A DNA stretch of 64,000 bases. Origin: the human T2T-CHM13v2.0 reference genome, Homo sapiens. The number at the start of each line of letters is the position of its first letter. Position 1 is the stretch's first letter. The notes under the pieces were generated by a model, which saw nothing but the letters and a program-made list of their open reading frames with translations, had not been told where the DNA came from and searched no databases. Below, in pieces: positions 1 through 19,139 of this stretch. The position numbers were made by a program, and so were the translations under genes. The stretch lies in assembly GCF_009914755.1 (NCBI RefSeq), contig NC_060930.1. One strand, 5' to 3'.

Positions 1-1
1 T

Positions 2-586
2 GGCTCTCGGGGCCGGTTCTCGGTGCCGCCGGTTCTCGGTGCCACCAGTTCTCGGTGCCGCCGGTTCTCGGTGCCGACGGTTCTCGGTGCCGGTTCTCAG
101 TGCCGGTTCTCGGTGCTGCCGGTTCTCGGTGCTGCCGATTCTCGGTGCTGCCGGTTCTCGGTGCTGCCGGTTCTTGGTGCCGGTTCTCGGTGCTGCCGGT
201 TCTCGGTGCCGCCGGTTCTCGGTGCCGCCGGTTCTCAGTGCCGGTTCTCAGTGCTGCCGGTTCTCGGTGCCGGTTCTCGGTGCTGCCGGTTCTCGGTGCT
301 GCCGATTCTCGGTGCCGCCGGTTCTCGGTGCCGCCGGTTCTTGGTGCCGGTTCTCAGTGCCGGTTCTCAGTGCTGCCGGTTCTCGGTGCCGGTTCTCGGT
401 GCTGCCGGTTCTCGGTGCTGGTTCTCGGTGCCGCCGGTTCTCGGTGCCGCCGGTTCTCGGTGCTGCCGGTTTTCCGTGCTGACGGTTCTCGGTGCCGGTT
501 CTCGGTGCCGGTTCTCGGTGCTGCCGGTTCTCGGTGCTGGTTCTCGGTGCTGCCGGTTCTCGGTGCTGCCAGTTCTCGGTGCTGCC
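2..586. repeat. CpG-rich minisatellite (VNTR) of interspersed 13-bp (GGTTCTCGGTGCC) and 16-bp (GGTTCTCGGTGCYGCC) units, 38 units plus a degenerate first unit
   Basis: Units parsed directly from 15 to 586. Variants are mostly CpG transitions (CGG>CAG/TGG, CCG>CTG). Confidence 0.97.
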
Positions 587-2320
587 CCCGCCCCCCAGGC
601 AGGACCCACCACCCCCTCTGCTCTGCCCGCAGCGACCCTGTCCCTGCAGGCCCCGCGCCCCAAAGACCAGGGACCTCGCCCATCCAGGTTCCTAAATATG
701 AAGGAAATGGCGGTCAAGGACAGGAAAGAGTAGGTTTTCGTTATCTTAGTGAAATGAATGGGGGCTCAGTAGATGATTCTGGTTTCGAGAACTCTCGCTG
801 CCCCCATCTCCTGGCACTGACTCCTCAGCCACCAGCGGGGAGCTGTGCAGAGCCCGGGGACTCACTGGGGTGGGTGGAGAACGTGTCCTGTCACCCAGAG
901 CCACCAACAAATGCCACTTTCTACGTGTGCTGAGACCTTCGAAATATCAGGGATGTCTGATGGGAGCTTTAATCATTACTTTCTGAAAAAAAAATCTCTA
1001 TCTCTATCTGTATCCATATATACACTGAGCTAGTTTACGTGGTGTATAAGAGGGGTTTCTCTCTTGCTTATTGGGGTATGTTTCTATGGTGTTTATTTCT
1101 TCCCTTCACTTATGTTTATTTTATTTAAATATTGACTATAGTATTTTATGGTAACACCAATAAATCATGGGTCTTTTCCCTAAATTCTCCCTGCATGGCT
1201 CTAAAAGATAAAGGCCTATTCTCAGGGAGCCACGAAGTCATTACTGAACTCAGTACAATTTTTAAAAGACTTAAAACTATCCAACCCCTACTTCATTTTC
1301 AAATGTTCACCTAATGATCCCAGTGAAAGTGAAAGCAGAAGACATTGATTAGGCTTTGCCTCTGATAGAGAGTCTCCCACTTTGGGAGGAAAATTCTGGA
1401 AGCTGTTCTAAGCCATAGGGAAGCCTCAGGTCACTGCCTGCTGGGAAAAAACAATGGAAGCAGGAGGACGATTTGTAGGACTTTACAGTGCTGGTCTTGC
1501 AGAGGCATCACTTCCAAGGTCAAGGAAGGCAGCTTTGAAAAGGGAGCCTCCCACTTGGAGTCTGGGTGGTGAAAACAAGCGAGAAACACTAAAGATAATG
1601 AAATCAATGAACTCACACAACCGAAGCGGGGACAGAAAGAGAATGATTTATTTTTAAGAACAGCCCTTCACTATAGCAACAGAAGCATTTGAACTACGAA
1701 AGCAAGCAAGCCATCCAAACCCTTTCAAATTACCCAATTTAGTGACTGTTGTGGCAAATAAACAAAGGAACTCAACATACAAAGGAACTTTCAAAAATGA
1801 AAACAGAAAATGAGTATCTAAGTGTTTGAGAAGATTGTTTCTTCTTCATGAATTCAATATAATTGGATAAGAAATTTCAAAGTTAAATGTCATACTGAAT
1901 AAAAATTTAAAAAACTCTGACTAGACATGGGCAAATTGTAGAAAGATGTGACACGGAAAGTAATTTAAGTCCTGAAAGACACCATTAAGAGAGACAAAAA
2001 TCTTAGGATAAATACTTAATTTCTAGGTATCTAAGAGAAAATGGATAAAACTGAAACTATTGTAAGGATCCCAGATGGTAAAAACAGTCCAAAGTTGAGT
2101 CAAAAATAAAGAAGAAAAATGGGTGGATATTAAATACTAAATTATGTGGCCCTGAAGAAGAAAAACTAAGCAATGGAACAAAACAAATATGATACATAAT
2201 TTTATATACTCACGGAGCCCTTTGCATAATTTAAAAAATTGATCCAGAAGAGTGTTTAACTTTAAAAACAGGGGAAAAATGTCTTCAACCTCCAGAAAAA
2301 TGGTGAAATCTCTTAAATAA

Positions 2321-2753
<433 letters not shown>

Positions 2754-3339
2754 TAGGAAACCACGGGTGCTTAGAGCATGTGACTGCTTAGGGCTGCTTC
2801 AAGGTACAGCTGCCTCACCCACCTGCTAGGAGAGAAGCACCGAAACCCAGAAAGCACAGAGAAAGGGAAGTAAAAACACTTATGGTGTGCATGGAATGCA
2901 TTTTATGGTATATCTTAGATTAAAATACAGGTGGAAATAAGTGAAAAGTAATTAATAGAAGTAATAAAACAGAAGGAGGAAGAGAAGGCGGGGAGAGAAA
3001 ATTGAGAAAATAGATTTTGGATTTTTAAACACCGTTTTCTACAAAAAATCTAGAGCTATTTTAATATGTGGCTAATCCTATTTCTAGTGCATAGAAAGGA
3101 GGAAGACACAAAAAACGAAAAGGAAAACATTAAAACTAATAGGGACGACTGAACGTTCACAGACAAGGCTCCTACTGGCAAGAATAATTATGACATAAGC
3201 ATGCAAATTATTATAATTAATTGCTACATACTGATTTTTTTTAAAAAGACTCCATTATTAAATTCAAGAACGAAACAAAAAAGAAATGACTTCTGATTTT
3301 GCTACTGTTATAGTGACTATAACTCTTCATTGGGCAACT

Positions 3340-3830
3340 GGGTAGCTCAAAGGGAAGATTTACATTTTTCTCTTGCCTTTAAAAGAGAGACTCTAGTACT
3401 TTCCAAGTTGGTAAAAGGAAGTTTCTTCTTTATAGAATAACAGCTAACAAAATATGGAAAAATGAAGAATTAGAAAATCATAACTTTGCAATCCCTAAAG
3501 AGATAATTGATTAGATAAGGTTCACCAATGGATGCTAAAATTATTAAGTCAAAGTTAATAAAAAATAAATACTCACATGAGTTTAGGCATTAACCCACAG
3601 ATTATTTGCTAATTGCACAAGGGAGAAAAAGGACCATGTCACTGGAAAGATGTGATGGCCAGTGCCTTAACCAAATGCTCAACGGTGAGTATCAGGAGCA
3701 GTTGAACATGATGTTCTGAGCCTCCTGGGAGGTGCAGCTGCAAGTGCAAAGTGTCACCTGGGACTTTAGCCTGAATCTAGCCAAGCCAGTTCACACAGGA
3801 CACAGGGCTCATGAGAACACGCTGTATGAC
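3340..3830 (+). mobile_element. Ancient L1MC-like 3' fragment
   Basis: Degenerate resemblance to L1MC 3' UTR segments (GTTTCTTCTTTATAGAATAACAGCTAA..., TTAACCAAATG..., GCCTGAATCTA); boundaries approximate. Confidence 0.4.
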
Positions 3831-6800
3831 ACTAACAGGAGGCGGTTTCTTCTTCTTCAGTTCTTTTGCCTTTCTTCCATTATGCAATAATTATTAGTCA
3901 ATCTTACTTAACAAGAGTAACATTTGAGGCTGTGAATGTTTTTGGAGGAAAATTTGACTAAATTCAACAGTTTTTGACCTATGACATCTTCATTGTTGAA
4001 TTTGATTTTTAATAGTTTTCACTTAAATTTGTTTTAGTGAGCTGAAATTATTTTTGAGATTTTTTTTTAAATTCTAAATAGTTAGGTTTTTCATACCTTT
4101 TTGAAGTTTTAAACCTGACATTGAAAATTAAGGGCAAACCTCTTAAGTCTACAACTTTATGAGTTTTTATGTTAAACATACTCGTCTATGCCTTTATGAT
4201 TTTTGCATGTAAATATACTTATGTATATTTAATTATGTAAATATACTTATGTATATTTACCCAAATCGAGACAGAGAACACTCTTGGCACTCCCACTGGC
4301 GCCCTTAAGGTAGCTCCCCTTCAATAGCTCCCCAAAGTAAGCATTAGCTTGAATTCCAAAACTGCAGACTTGTATTGCCTGTTCTTTATATCACATAAGT
4401 GGACCATAACCTCTGTATTTTGACTGCCTTGTTTCGCTCAGTAATGTGAGTGAACTCATTCTTCCTGCCCCTTATACAGGCGTGTAGAAGTCCTTATATG
4501 AACATCTCGCTTGATGGCTGTGCTCTATCCGTTTAACACATTGCTTGATGTGAATAGAAAATAATCTGTTTTTAAAGCATTGCATTTTTATTTATAAAAG
4601 AGCTAATACACTGCTAGGTTGGTGGACATTTTTTTTTGCATCAACTTTACTGTTTTCAGCTACCGACATTTCTGAGTATTTGGCCGTCAGTTTTCCAGCA
4701 TCTCCTCTGAGGGTGCCGCGACCTCCCCTCTGGCTACGTTCCAAGCTTCTCCTTGTCTTTGGGTTTTAGCTTCTGACTGGGGCATGCCTATGCCTGGCTC
4801 TATTTGCATTTATCCTGCTGAGATTTCTAACAGTTCTTGAGTCTTTGCCTTTGATTATTATTTGTTTTTATCTGGGGGAAATTCTCCGCCATCATCTCTT
4901 TGAGCAATGCACCCCTCTCATCTATGTGGTCTTTATGTCATGTGCCAGTATCTCGTGCTCTTTTCTGTCATTTTCCAGCCTTGTTGCTCTCTCTGCCTTT
5001 GCCTCTCCTCTGCTATCCAATCTGTTAATCTATTTATTAATTAAGGTCAGTGTTGGCTTTCTAATATCCATTTGACATTTTAACATAGGTTCTGTTTCTG
5101 CAAAAAAAATGCCCCATCTTGTCTTCTATTTTAGTGAATATATGAGTCAGTTGCTTTTCAGTCTGTCTGCTGCAGCTGATAGCCAGGCCTCTGTCCCTCT
5201 GTTTCTGGGCTCTAGTTTTTGCTGTTGTCCCAGATCTCATTAGGGCTGGTAATTTTTCATATAACAATGTTTGACATGTTATGTGATAAGCTTCACTGAC
5301 TCTGGAAGGTTCCCTCGGAGGGGGCTGGTCCTCTCGTACATGGCCAGGCAGCACTGGGGAAGACCACGTCTGCAAAGCCTCAGAGCAGCCAATGGAGGCA
5401 GTCGGCCTCTCTTGAGTCTGATCCCCTGAAGTAACTCTTGGGGTCCCAGATCAGACCCTGAGGGTTTATAAGAGTATTTACTGTTCTAAACGATTTTTAG
5501 ACTATAATGTTTGTCTTCTCATTATTCATTAAATCTTACTTCTTAAGAAAAACTTTTAAAAGTTCAAGTTGGATTTATATCATCTTTTTTGCTGAACTTC
5601 TGAGCCTCTTAGTCTGTACCAGCTGTGGATTCATGAGCACTTCGACGGAGAAGAGAGCAGGACCTCCTGTTTTAACCCTCCTGAGTTATCTGGTTCCTAA
5701 TCCTGGCTTTCCACACGAATAACATTTGTGTCCACAGCACCCTGAGGTCCGCAGAAGCTTTGCTTGTCTGCCACCTCCCACTGGGGCTCCCCGCCTTCCG
5801 CTCGGATGCTGTCCCATGCCAGGATGCCTAGGGGTGCACCCTGAAAAGAATCATCTGGCCTCTCTGGGGTCCCCCACATCAGGGGTCTGCCCCTTCAGGA
5901 CTGGCTGCCTGAGCCACCTCACAAATGATTTTAATCCTTTTTAAAATTAGATGTCCCTGTTTTCCTCACTCTCCAGAATGCTGATCTTCCTCAAGCTATG
6001 GCACACCATGGGCCCCAGTTTCTTTAATAAATATTATCCACCCGAGCCAGTGAACGCTTGGTGCCCAGCATCGGTGCTCTGTGCACTCACTCTTGCAGCT
6101 TCGAAAAGCGCCAGACTTACTCTTGGAAAAAGTGCAGTTGAAATGTGACGCCTTGATATTTTATTAGCAATCGTGCACCTCAAACCTTCAACTGCCACAA
6201 TAAAAGTAAATGAGCATAACTTACCCAGGGTTTCTTGACGTAATTATAGCTTTTCAAAAGAGGAAAATTTTGCCTGGAAACTAGCTTTCAAGCAGAAAGG
6301 AAGGCAGAAAAAGTCCTGGGACATACACCTGACTGCAAAGACAATCATTAAATTGGCTGGAGAAATCTGCAAATACAGCAAATGCTATTTTTGTCCCAAG
6401 CTCGAATAGATCATGGCTTTTCCTAATTTAAACATCTCTGGTAAAATAGCTGAGTTTGAAGTCCAAATGTGGCAGATGTCTAAATAAGTTCTGTGCCTGT
6501 GTAAAGAATAAGCTGCCATGCAGGGGAAAATGCCTCTTCTGTCGGCAAGAAGTGGTTTCTGCTTTGGTGCTGTTCCCTGTGTCTGCATGTGCAGGAGTGA
6601 CTTTGTGCACCTCCCTGGGTTTCTTCACCCTCCTGCCCTGTGGCTGAAGGGAAGTATGCCTGAGCGAATTCATGTTGCCCTCCCCGTTTTGTCTCATGGA
6701 TCATGAGTTCAGACCTAGCACACTGTGCAGCACCCAGAAGCACAGTCCTGCTCAAAATGCTCCTTTCCACCGACACTTATCTCCCCTGCCTCTGACTTCC

Positions 6801-6894
6801 TCAGCATCACCGCTCCCTGCAACAGAGCCGGAGCTGATTGAAAAACACTTAGGTAAATATTGAGTTCCCCAGTCTGGGGCGATTAGAATTGTCA

Positions 6895-8675
<1,781 letters not shown>

Positions 8676-9458
8676 AGAATTGTCATCTTCCAAACCTTAG
8701 ACATGGCCAGACATCCCCAGTGGGCTGCCAAATCCTGTCACCGTGTGCCTTCCTTAATCCAACCAGGAACTGTGTTTTACCTTTCTACCCCACACTCCTC
8801 CCAAGATGCTCAACCTTGGTTTCATCATTGTACAGATGGCTGCAGACTCAGTTGTCCAACATTTCCCTGGGGTGAGCTGATGACCTGAACCCTAAGAACG
8901 CTCGATTTGAGAACAATGTGATTTAGTGTTGTTTTTAAAGACACTAAGTTTTGCGGTGCTTTATGAAAAGCAATGGCCAGCTTGGAGAGTGAAGTGGCAA
9001 TGGGGGTCATTGAAGCTCAACTGCTGTGGTCTTCCCATCCTTCAAGGTCAAGGGCACTCATCTGATGTGTAGCCTGGGGGCAGCAACAGAGACTAAAAAT
9101 CCAGGGAATCAAATGAGGCAGTTCACAGCCAGGGAAGAGACTTCCATAGGGATGAGGACTAAGGCAGATAACTCCAGGATAAAATAAAAGTGACTGCACT
9201 TTCTTGCACTGCTTGGAGTCGGCTACCAAGTATGCTCAAGCATTGCTAAGAGTATCTTGATGGACGGATGCAAAAAAACAGATGTCTGCTTAGTATGCTG
9301 TGGTCAATAAATAATTAACTTGCTTTGTAAGAAGCTGTCTCAGATTGCAAATAGACCGTACCCTAGTAGGAAAGGATCAATAAAGCACAATCACTCTATT
9401 GGCCAATTAGCTGCATATTATTTAATCAAATGTGGAAATCCATCTTCTTGATGATCCA

Positions 9459-9872
9459 TGCATTAGCCTGTTATTGCATTGCTGTAAAGAAATACCTGAG
9501 GCTGCATAATTTATAAGGAAAAGAGGTTAAATTGGCTCACAGTTCTGCAGGCTGTACAGGAAGTATGGTGCTGGCGTCTGCTTCTGGTGAGGCCTCAGGA
9601 AGCTTCCAATTGTGGTGGTGGGTGAAGGGGGCCAAAGCATCACATGGCAAGAGTGGGAGCAGGAGAGGAGGGGGTTCCCAGACGTTTAAACACCCAGAGC
9701 TCAGGTGAACTGACTGAGTGAGAACTAACTCATATCAAGGGGTTGGTGCTGAACTGTTCATGACATGACTGATTCACTTCTGTGATCTAGTACCTCCCAC
9801 CAGGCCTCCCCTCTAACACTGGGGATCACATTTCACATACGTTTTGGAGGGACACACATCCAAACCACATCA
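9459..9872 (-). mobile_element. MaLR solo LTR, MSTB-like
   Basis: TG...CA ends; AAAGAAATACCTGAGGCTG, GGCTCACAGTTCTGCAGGCTGTACAGGAAG, CTTCTGGTGAGGCCTCAGGAAGCTT, CATCCAAACCACATCA. Confidence 0.88.
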
Positions 9873-12305
9873 GCACACATGGTCTCCAAATGTCATTTAG
9901 CCCCTCCTCATGCGATGTCAGAAGGCTGACGCCTGGGGGTGTGCAGCTTTCCAGGACATCCTTCCTGAAGGGTTGCAGCAATACTTTAAGTGTTACATAC
10001 CCATGTGCTATGCCAGTGTCAGCTTTAAGGATGTGTAATAGCCAAGGGTTGAGCCATCTGGGACCAAATATCCGCTTTGCATAGACAGTGTCCATGGTGT
10101 GGATTAACCTGCTCCTGTCTGCTGCTGGGACTGGGTGCCGGCTGCTGCCGTTTTCATTTCCCGGGAGCCCTTGCTGGCCTCATAGGGTAGCATCACATGA
10201 AGGCTGCCTCCCGATGCCCAGCGCTGAGGTGTGAAGACCGCACTGTGTTCGAGACACGAGTTCCACGTGGTTGCTGCCTCCTTCACACGTCCTGTGATGG
10301 ATTTCTTTTTATCAGGTGGTCTCTTGTCTGTGGTTAGCATATACACATAGGACATGAAAGACACAGGGCATGACTACAAGCCATGCATTTTCCCAGGGAT
10401 CAGGACACACAGAGAGAGTTCTCCCTGCTGCCCTCCACCCACATCATAACGAACACTCAGCTGGAGAGCTAAGAGAGGGGTCAGGGTTGAGAGGTCAAGA
10501 GTTCTGGGGTCCCTGATTATCTTCCGTCGTCGGGAGAAAGAGGAATCTGTAAGGCCTAAGCGGATGGCATGGATGCATGTAATGAAGACCGGGAAGCAGA
10601 TCCTGGGTGGGAGAGCTGCTCTAAGCAGAAAAACAGCCAACTCAAATCTACCTCTGGCTGAGCCTGAGCGTCAGAGCAAGGCAGGGAAGAGTGCCCGGAA
10701 TGCTGAGCCAGCCCAGGCTGCTGCAGGCTGCACTGCATGGACCTTAGCACCAGCAATGTGTGCACAGAAAAGCCGGTCCTTTCCGTTGTCACCGATTGCT
10801 TACCAAAGTGAATCTGGGTAGCGTCGACTCTGCTGTTGAAAGTATCTGATTTTCTGCTGCATGGATTCCTTCCCTAGGGCCAACTGTGATTGCAGACTTA
10901 ATCACCGAGAAAACTTGTACCCTATAGGATAATTTTCTTGGTTTCATGCCCATACCAACTGAAACACCAGACAGACTTTTGTAAGTACCACAGGCATGTC
11001 TGGTTTTTAAGCTTCAGCAGAGATTTTTTTTTCCATTAACAATATGAAACAGACTTAAAAGAAATACAACAAAGTAATGTTCTCCTGATTTTTTTTGTGC
11101 TGATTTTGCATTTCCCTAAACTGACATTAATTTTTAAGCATACTTAATTTTAAGCTTTTTAATAAATAATATATTCAGTAGAAATCCACTCACATGCTAT
11201 TCATAATTTGGAGAATTTTTGCTTATGTTGCTTTTGTTGCAATGGGGAGTCACAGTACTTTGACTATAGAAACACACACCAAAATTATGATTAGAATGTA
11301 AGTAAAAAAACAATGTGGTATGTAGCTGTCTAACAGCACTGGATGTAAAAGAATTAAACAGCACAATACATAACAATACAAAAGACAACTCCCAAGTATG
11401 TGCCAGGTTTCTTCTGATGAATTGCAAAGAAGGGATAACAATATATATTATTATTATTTGCTACTATCCCATTAAAGAAGTCTGGTTCTGGCCTCCAGTG
11501 GACAGAGGCACAGACAGGTGGAGCTGTACCTGTGGATGTACACGTATGCACACATACAAGTCCGTATGTCTAGACCGGCAGCCTTGAGCACTCAGGCCAG
11601 TTAATATCATCCCATTTTTTATGTTTCAGCTGATACTATTTTTGAACTATAAAATAAAATGTCTAAACATCAGAAAACAAGCATTCTATGTCTCTCTTGG
11701 AGGCAGGAATATCTTTTCATTGGTTGACAAAGTGCACTTCATATCTGAAGTTAGATTTTTATTCTTCCATGATGAGGATTGTGACTCAATACGTCAGTTG
11801 GTCCTGGCTCTCTTGATCTAAGGACACACAATATTTCAAGAGTATTTGGACTGCTTAGCTTAACTAAGATGGTTTCAGTATGAATGGGAAATCGGGACAT
11901 ACATATTCAAAATGCATGTTGTTTTATGAATAAATTAATCCATTAAGAATAACTAAAATGATATGACAAAATGCAAAGACATACTTGTCTCTAAGTTTTA
12001 AATAATGCAGTGAATAAATCTATCTTTCTTGATATAAACACACAGAGAGATAAAATTATCTGGAAAGATATATACCAAGGTGTTGTTGGTTTTATTGTGG
12101 GTAATTTTTTAAATATTTATTTTCCTAAAATTTTGAATTTTCTAAGTGTCCTGTAAGAGATATCTATTTCTTTATTCTTTAAGATCACATTTTTTTAGTA
12201 CACAGAATTATAGGTGTAGAAAAACATTGATGCAAACATCCCCATTGAAAAATAACATTTATATAGTTTAGTTTAGAACTTTTGAATGCAAAAGAAATAA
12301 ACGTA

Positions 12306-14896
<2,591 letters not shown>

Positions 14897-15084
14897 TACT
14901 TAATTTCTTAGCATTATTCCTCAGTAACTTGTAGGCATCCAATCTTCAAATTTAAATGGAATCTTGCTTATTTGAAGCCCCTACTATTTGCAAAGGGAGT
15001 TCCATCCTCACGCAGACCCTAACACTCAAGAATACAGCAAAACCATTTAGCATTAATGAGACCCAGACTTTCTGGATGTTACTG

Positions 15085-15285
15085 TTACTGAGTGTTGTGC
15101 TGAGTGCTTTATATATATGATTCTTTCATTGCTTACAGTTACAAGTCTATGAAACAGATATGACTGTTGCATTTCACAAGTGAGAAAGTTCAAGCACAGA
15201 CAAATTACTTAGGACCCATGAACTGGGTCATAGCTGGGGTTTGGACTCCACAGTCCATCCCTGAGCCCTGGACTCAGCCTCTGTT
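15085..15285 (-). mobile_element. MIR
   Basis: Antisense MIR core (TGTGCTGAGTGCTTTATATATATGATT...CATTTCACAAGTGAGAAAGTTCAAGCACAGA). Confidence 0.65.
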
Positions 15286-16494
15286 CTTTCAGCCACCGCC
15301 TTTTGGTGCCACAGCAAAGGCTGTCTTCCACCAGAAAGGAAATATTTGCAAGTCAAGTATGAGCTTCAAGTAAGAAGGAGTTGCATTAAAATGAAATAAA
15401 ACAGAATGATAGTGCATTGCTGCAAACTAGTGTAGATAGAAAGTGGGCTGATGTATAAAGCATCCATGGAAGAGCTGCCCCACCCTGGACTCCCATGAGG
15501 AGCAGCCCCGTGCATGCACTGGGTAGGAAGGGATGGGTGCCCTGCGAGGCCCGGGCCTGAGTCGCCCCAGACACACACAGCAGACTTTGTTTCTCTCTCT
15601 GCTGACTGTGCTCTTTCTATGCCCAGAGTAACATTTTAATGCCACTGAGGATAATTTAAATCCTAGGATTGTTAGAAAATCTTCATAGACTCAGAGAGAA
15701 CCGTTCTGAGAAACCGTATGTTTTCTACGTTTCTCATTTATTTATGTTCTTCTCATATATTTCTCAACTTTGTAGAAGAAACTACAAATTATGAGAGAGA
15801 GGGAGAGAAAGTGGAAGAGACAGAGAGGGGAGAAGAGAGAGGGAAAAGTGGATGCCAGTGAGGACCCTCATTCAACCCTAATCTGGATTTTCAAGCTCCT
15901 GGGGCGCTCATGGGGACCAAAGATGGTAAATGAACTGAAGCAAAGGGAAAAAGGTGAAAATGAAAACTCTTAGTAACAATCGGCAGATGCGTGGCGTGGG
16001 AGACCCACCTGTGGGCTTGGACTGCGTTGCCACACCCTGTGTTAATAACTGGATTGGAAAGAAAGAGGATTATAGCCAATTTAGACGGATGCACCCTGCC
16101 CACCCTGCGATGGAGACAGGATGTGTTTTCTGAGTTAGACGAGTGATGGGCGAGGGAACTGTCCGCCAATTCCTTAAACTTTAACTTCAGCCACACCCCT
16201 GGTAGCTGTTGGTAGGCACTGCCTCTGATTTCAGGGGCCTAGGTGGCCGAATCTCAGAAGGAACCTGTGCAATAAATCCCAGTTGAAAGACCTGGCCCAG
16301 CCTCTGTTCTCCGGAGTTATCTGGGGGGCTCCCAAACATCATTCCATGAGATTATAAGGGATTAAGGAAGAAACGAGCTCCCAGATCAACCAGCAAATGG
16401 AACAGGGAGCAAAGACGCCGAGAGGCAAATGTGGAGAGAATGTGGAGGAGGTGAAGAAGGGGCAGGAAAGCAGGCCTGGGGCTCGGGGCTAGTG

Positions 16495-16897
16495 GTGTGT
16501 GTGTTTCCCCGGGCTGCTGGGAGTGGCAGAGATGGACCCTCTCACCCTCTCACAGCTCTGGGGCTGAAGCCTGACACTGGATGTCTGCAGGGCCGGGCTC
16601 CCTCTCAGCTTCTGGGGACACCAGCCGTCCCCGACATTCCCTGGCTCAGATGCACCCTCCCAGCTCAGCCTCCATCATCACAGGGCCATCCCCTGGCTCT
16701 GCCCTTCACAAGGCCTCGTCGTGGGCTCAGTCCTAAACCCTTCCTACAAGGGCGCTTGCAACACGGGATCAGGCCCACCCTAGTGAGCTCCTCTGAAATT
16801 AATGGCAAAGACCCTGTTTCCAAATAGGGTCCCATTTACAGGCATCAGGACTGAAGACTTCACCATTCCATTTTTGGGAAATAGTGCAAACCACAGT
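16495..16897 (-). mobile_element. MLT1-family MaLR LTR (degenerate)
   Basis: CTCTCACAGCTCTGGGG..., GGCCCACCCTA, GCAAAGACCCTGTTTCCAAATAGGGTC, GACTTCACCAT. Confidence 0.75.
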
Positions 16898-19139
16898 GGG
16901 AGGGGAGGGGGAACATTTTATCAAATCACAGTGATGTGAGCACAGGCCTGGCTGCTGAGAGGACAGCACCGTGCAGGGAAGAGACCGACCCTGGAGAGCA
17001 GGGATGGTCGCCTGGACACGGATTCCGCATGAGGGACGATGATGAGCAGAGATGATCTCACGAGGGAGAACGAGGATCCAGGAGACGCTGACAGCCACCA
17101 GCAAAGGCTGACCTGCCATTTGCAGGGCTTGGCCCTGCAGAGGACATGGGGCATGTGGTCACCCCCTCTCCTGTGTTTCCTTTTTCCCCAGGATCAATTG
17201 GAGAATTATTCTGTGGCTTCTTCTAAGTTTAGAGTTAACTGCTGTTTTGTGAAAATGGCCCCGAGGGAAGCTCAGAATTCTCCCCACCATGGCTGGTTGA
17301 GGGGCTTCCTGGGGAAGCGTTTCTGAAACTCTGCTGTCAGAAAAGCTAACAGCAGGCTGTCCTTGGTAGGACTTGAATAGTTTAATATGAATTTCTTTTT
17401 ACAAAAAATTATGGTTATAAAGTATTTGCTATACCTTGCTAAGTATGCAATGTTGTGCAAACAGAGTGATTCATGGTGTTTCAGAACTTGAAATCAACAG
17501 ATTGTAATAAAAATGCCCCCACTTAGGAAGAAAGAGGATGTTGCAGGCAGGTGGTGGAGATGGGCTTGCTGAATCTATGACACTGATTTGCTTTTCTTAC
17601 ATACATAACCCGCTCATATTTAAGGACCCCTGGACTCAATATTTCACTTCGAACTCCTGAACTTTCAGCACGCACAACACCGTGTCCAGTGCTACACACA
17701 GGAAGAGATCCTCTCAGCTGCTGGCAGTGAAGGGAGAAGGATCCACTTGGGCTTAAACTGAGGGCACTCCCAGCATTTAACTAGCTCATTAGAATGAGTA
17801 TTTATGAAGTCGATTTCCTCCTATACACAGAATGGAATTCAACTTGCTGTATTCCACACGTGAGACCCAACGTGTTAAACAACATGCCTCCAAAATAGGA
17901 ATTTTAACCAAATCTTTGTTCGGCTTTCTTTAACTCAGAATTAATTAAAGTGCTGATTACTTTAGGGGGCACAGGGGGAGGATGTGGTGGACAGGCAGAG
18001 AAATAACTAGAATTCTACCAGAAAGCTCAAACTGGTGTAAAACGGAAGCTTGAACATCATAATCATAATACAGCTATGCCAACTCCAAAGAAGTACCAAA
18101 CTCTACCAAAGAGTGGCCACTCCTGGATGCTGAAGAAGAGCATTGTTTGGGCAGCGGATAAAGGGAGAAGAGCCTGGGGCAGAAGCCTTGTCCCGGGAAC
18201 CCAGCACCCTCATGCCTTAGGGTAGCAGCCCTGGCTGTTCCTTCCTGTGCCACGGGTGTCCCTGGAAGGAGAAGGAGTGGAACCTGCCCAGCTGCAGCTC
18301 TGCTTTGTTCTGTGATGAAACAATACCCCCTTTGAAAGCCTATTGATTTCTCTAATGGTTCTTCAGTCTATGGAAGACGTGACCCATGCTGGTCAGGACA
18401 GGTTTCAGCGCCCGTGCCTTCTGTGTCCACCATGTAGGCAGGGGCTCCTGCTGAGAGCCAGGGGAGCCAGTTTCACACTGGCTTTGCCTAAGTAGCTGCG
18501 GGCCTTCCCATGCATATATTGAGGTGTTTTTACTGCCACATCCCTGGTTACTCCAAGCTCTGAAATAGAGGAAGCCCTCAGTGCTGCCTCTTCCCCAGCG
18601 CCTCTGTGCCAGGCTCAGTGCTGGGCTCTGGGTACCCATCCACGTCCGTGTTGTGACTCAGCGCTGCCCCCCAACCACCCAGGGCCAGTTGATGAGGAGA
18701 GTAGGGTTCATCTTGGAAAGACCAAGCCCTGAAGACAGAACAGAACTTGGACTTGCTGCACGTGGAGGCCCTGGGGAAGCTCCCCAAACACAACCCTCTC
18801 CAGAGGCTCCTCTTTCTAGTGGATGATTCTCAAAACAGCGCTTCTTCCAAGTTTCACTTGGTGCATACTTTATAAGGAAGCCGTGGATTTGGAGTGATAC
18901 CTTGAAGGTCATGGATATGGGATGTCTGTCGTGACACTGATGATAAACAGCCAAGTGAAATTTGGTTTCAATGACTGTGCAGCTGTCTCGGCTTTGGCCG
19001 GGTTTTGTGAGGCACCCTCCAGAACCCCAATGCCAGGAGCGCTAAACTTTCCCTTGTCACGGGGCTTTCGTTCCCACAGGACAAAACAAAAGAACACGTT
19101 TAGGTGCTCAAAGGATGCAGCATTCATCATTCAAACTGT

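Noticed and set aside
23-933. Long ORFs (236, 147 and 292 aa) in all three + frames
   Set aside because: Translations of the almost stop-free 13/16-bp VNTR, with non-ATG starts. Both unit lengths are 1 mod 3, so all frames give the same cyclic peptide.
17161-17371. Possible exon (acceptor TTTCCTTTTTCCCCAG|G at 17190/17191, donor TTG|GTAGGA near 17365)
   Set aside because: Isolated motif pair with a weak donor and no coding signal; it cannot be supported without RNA data.
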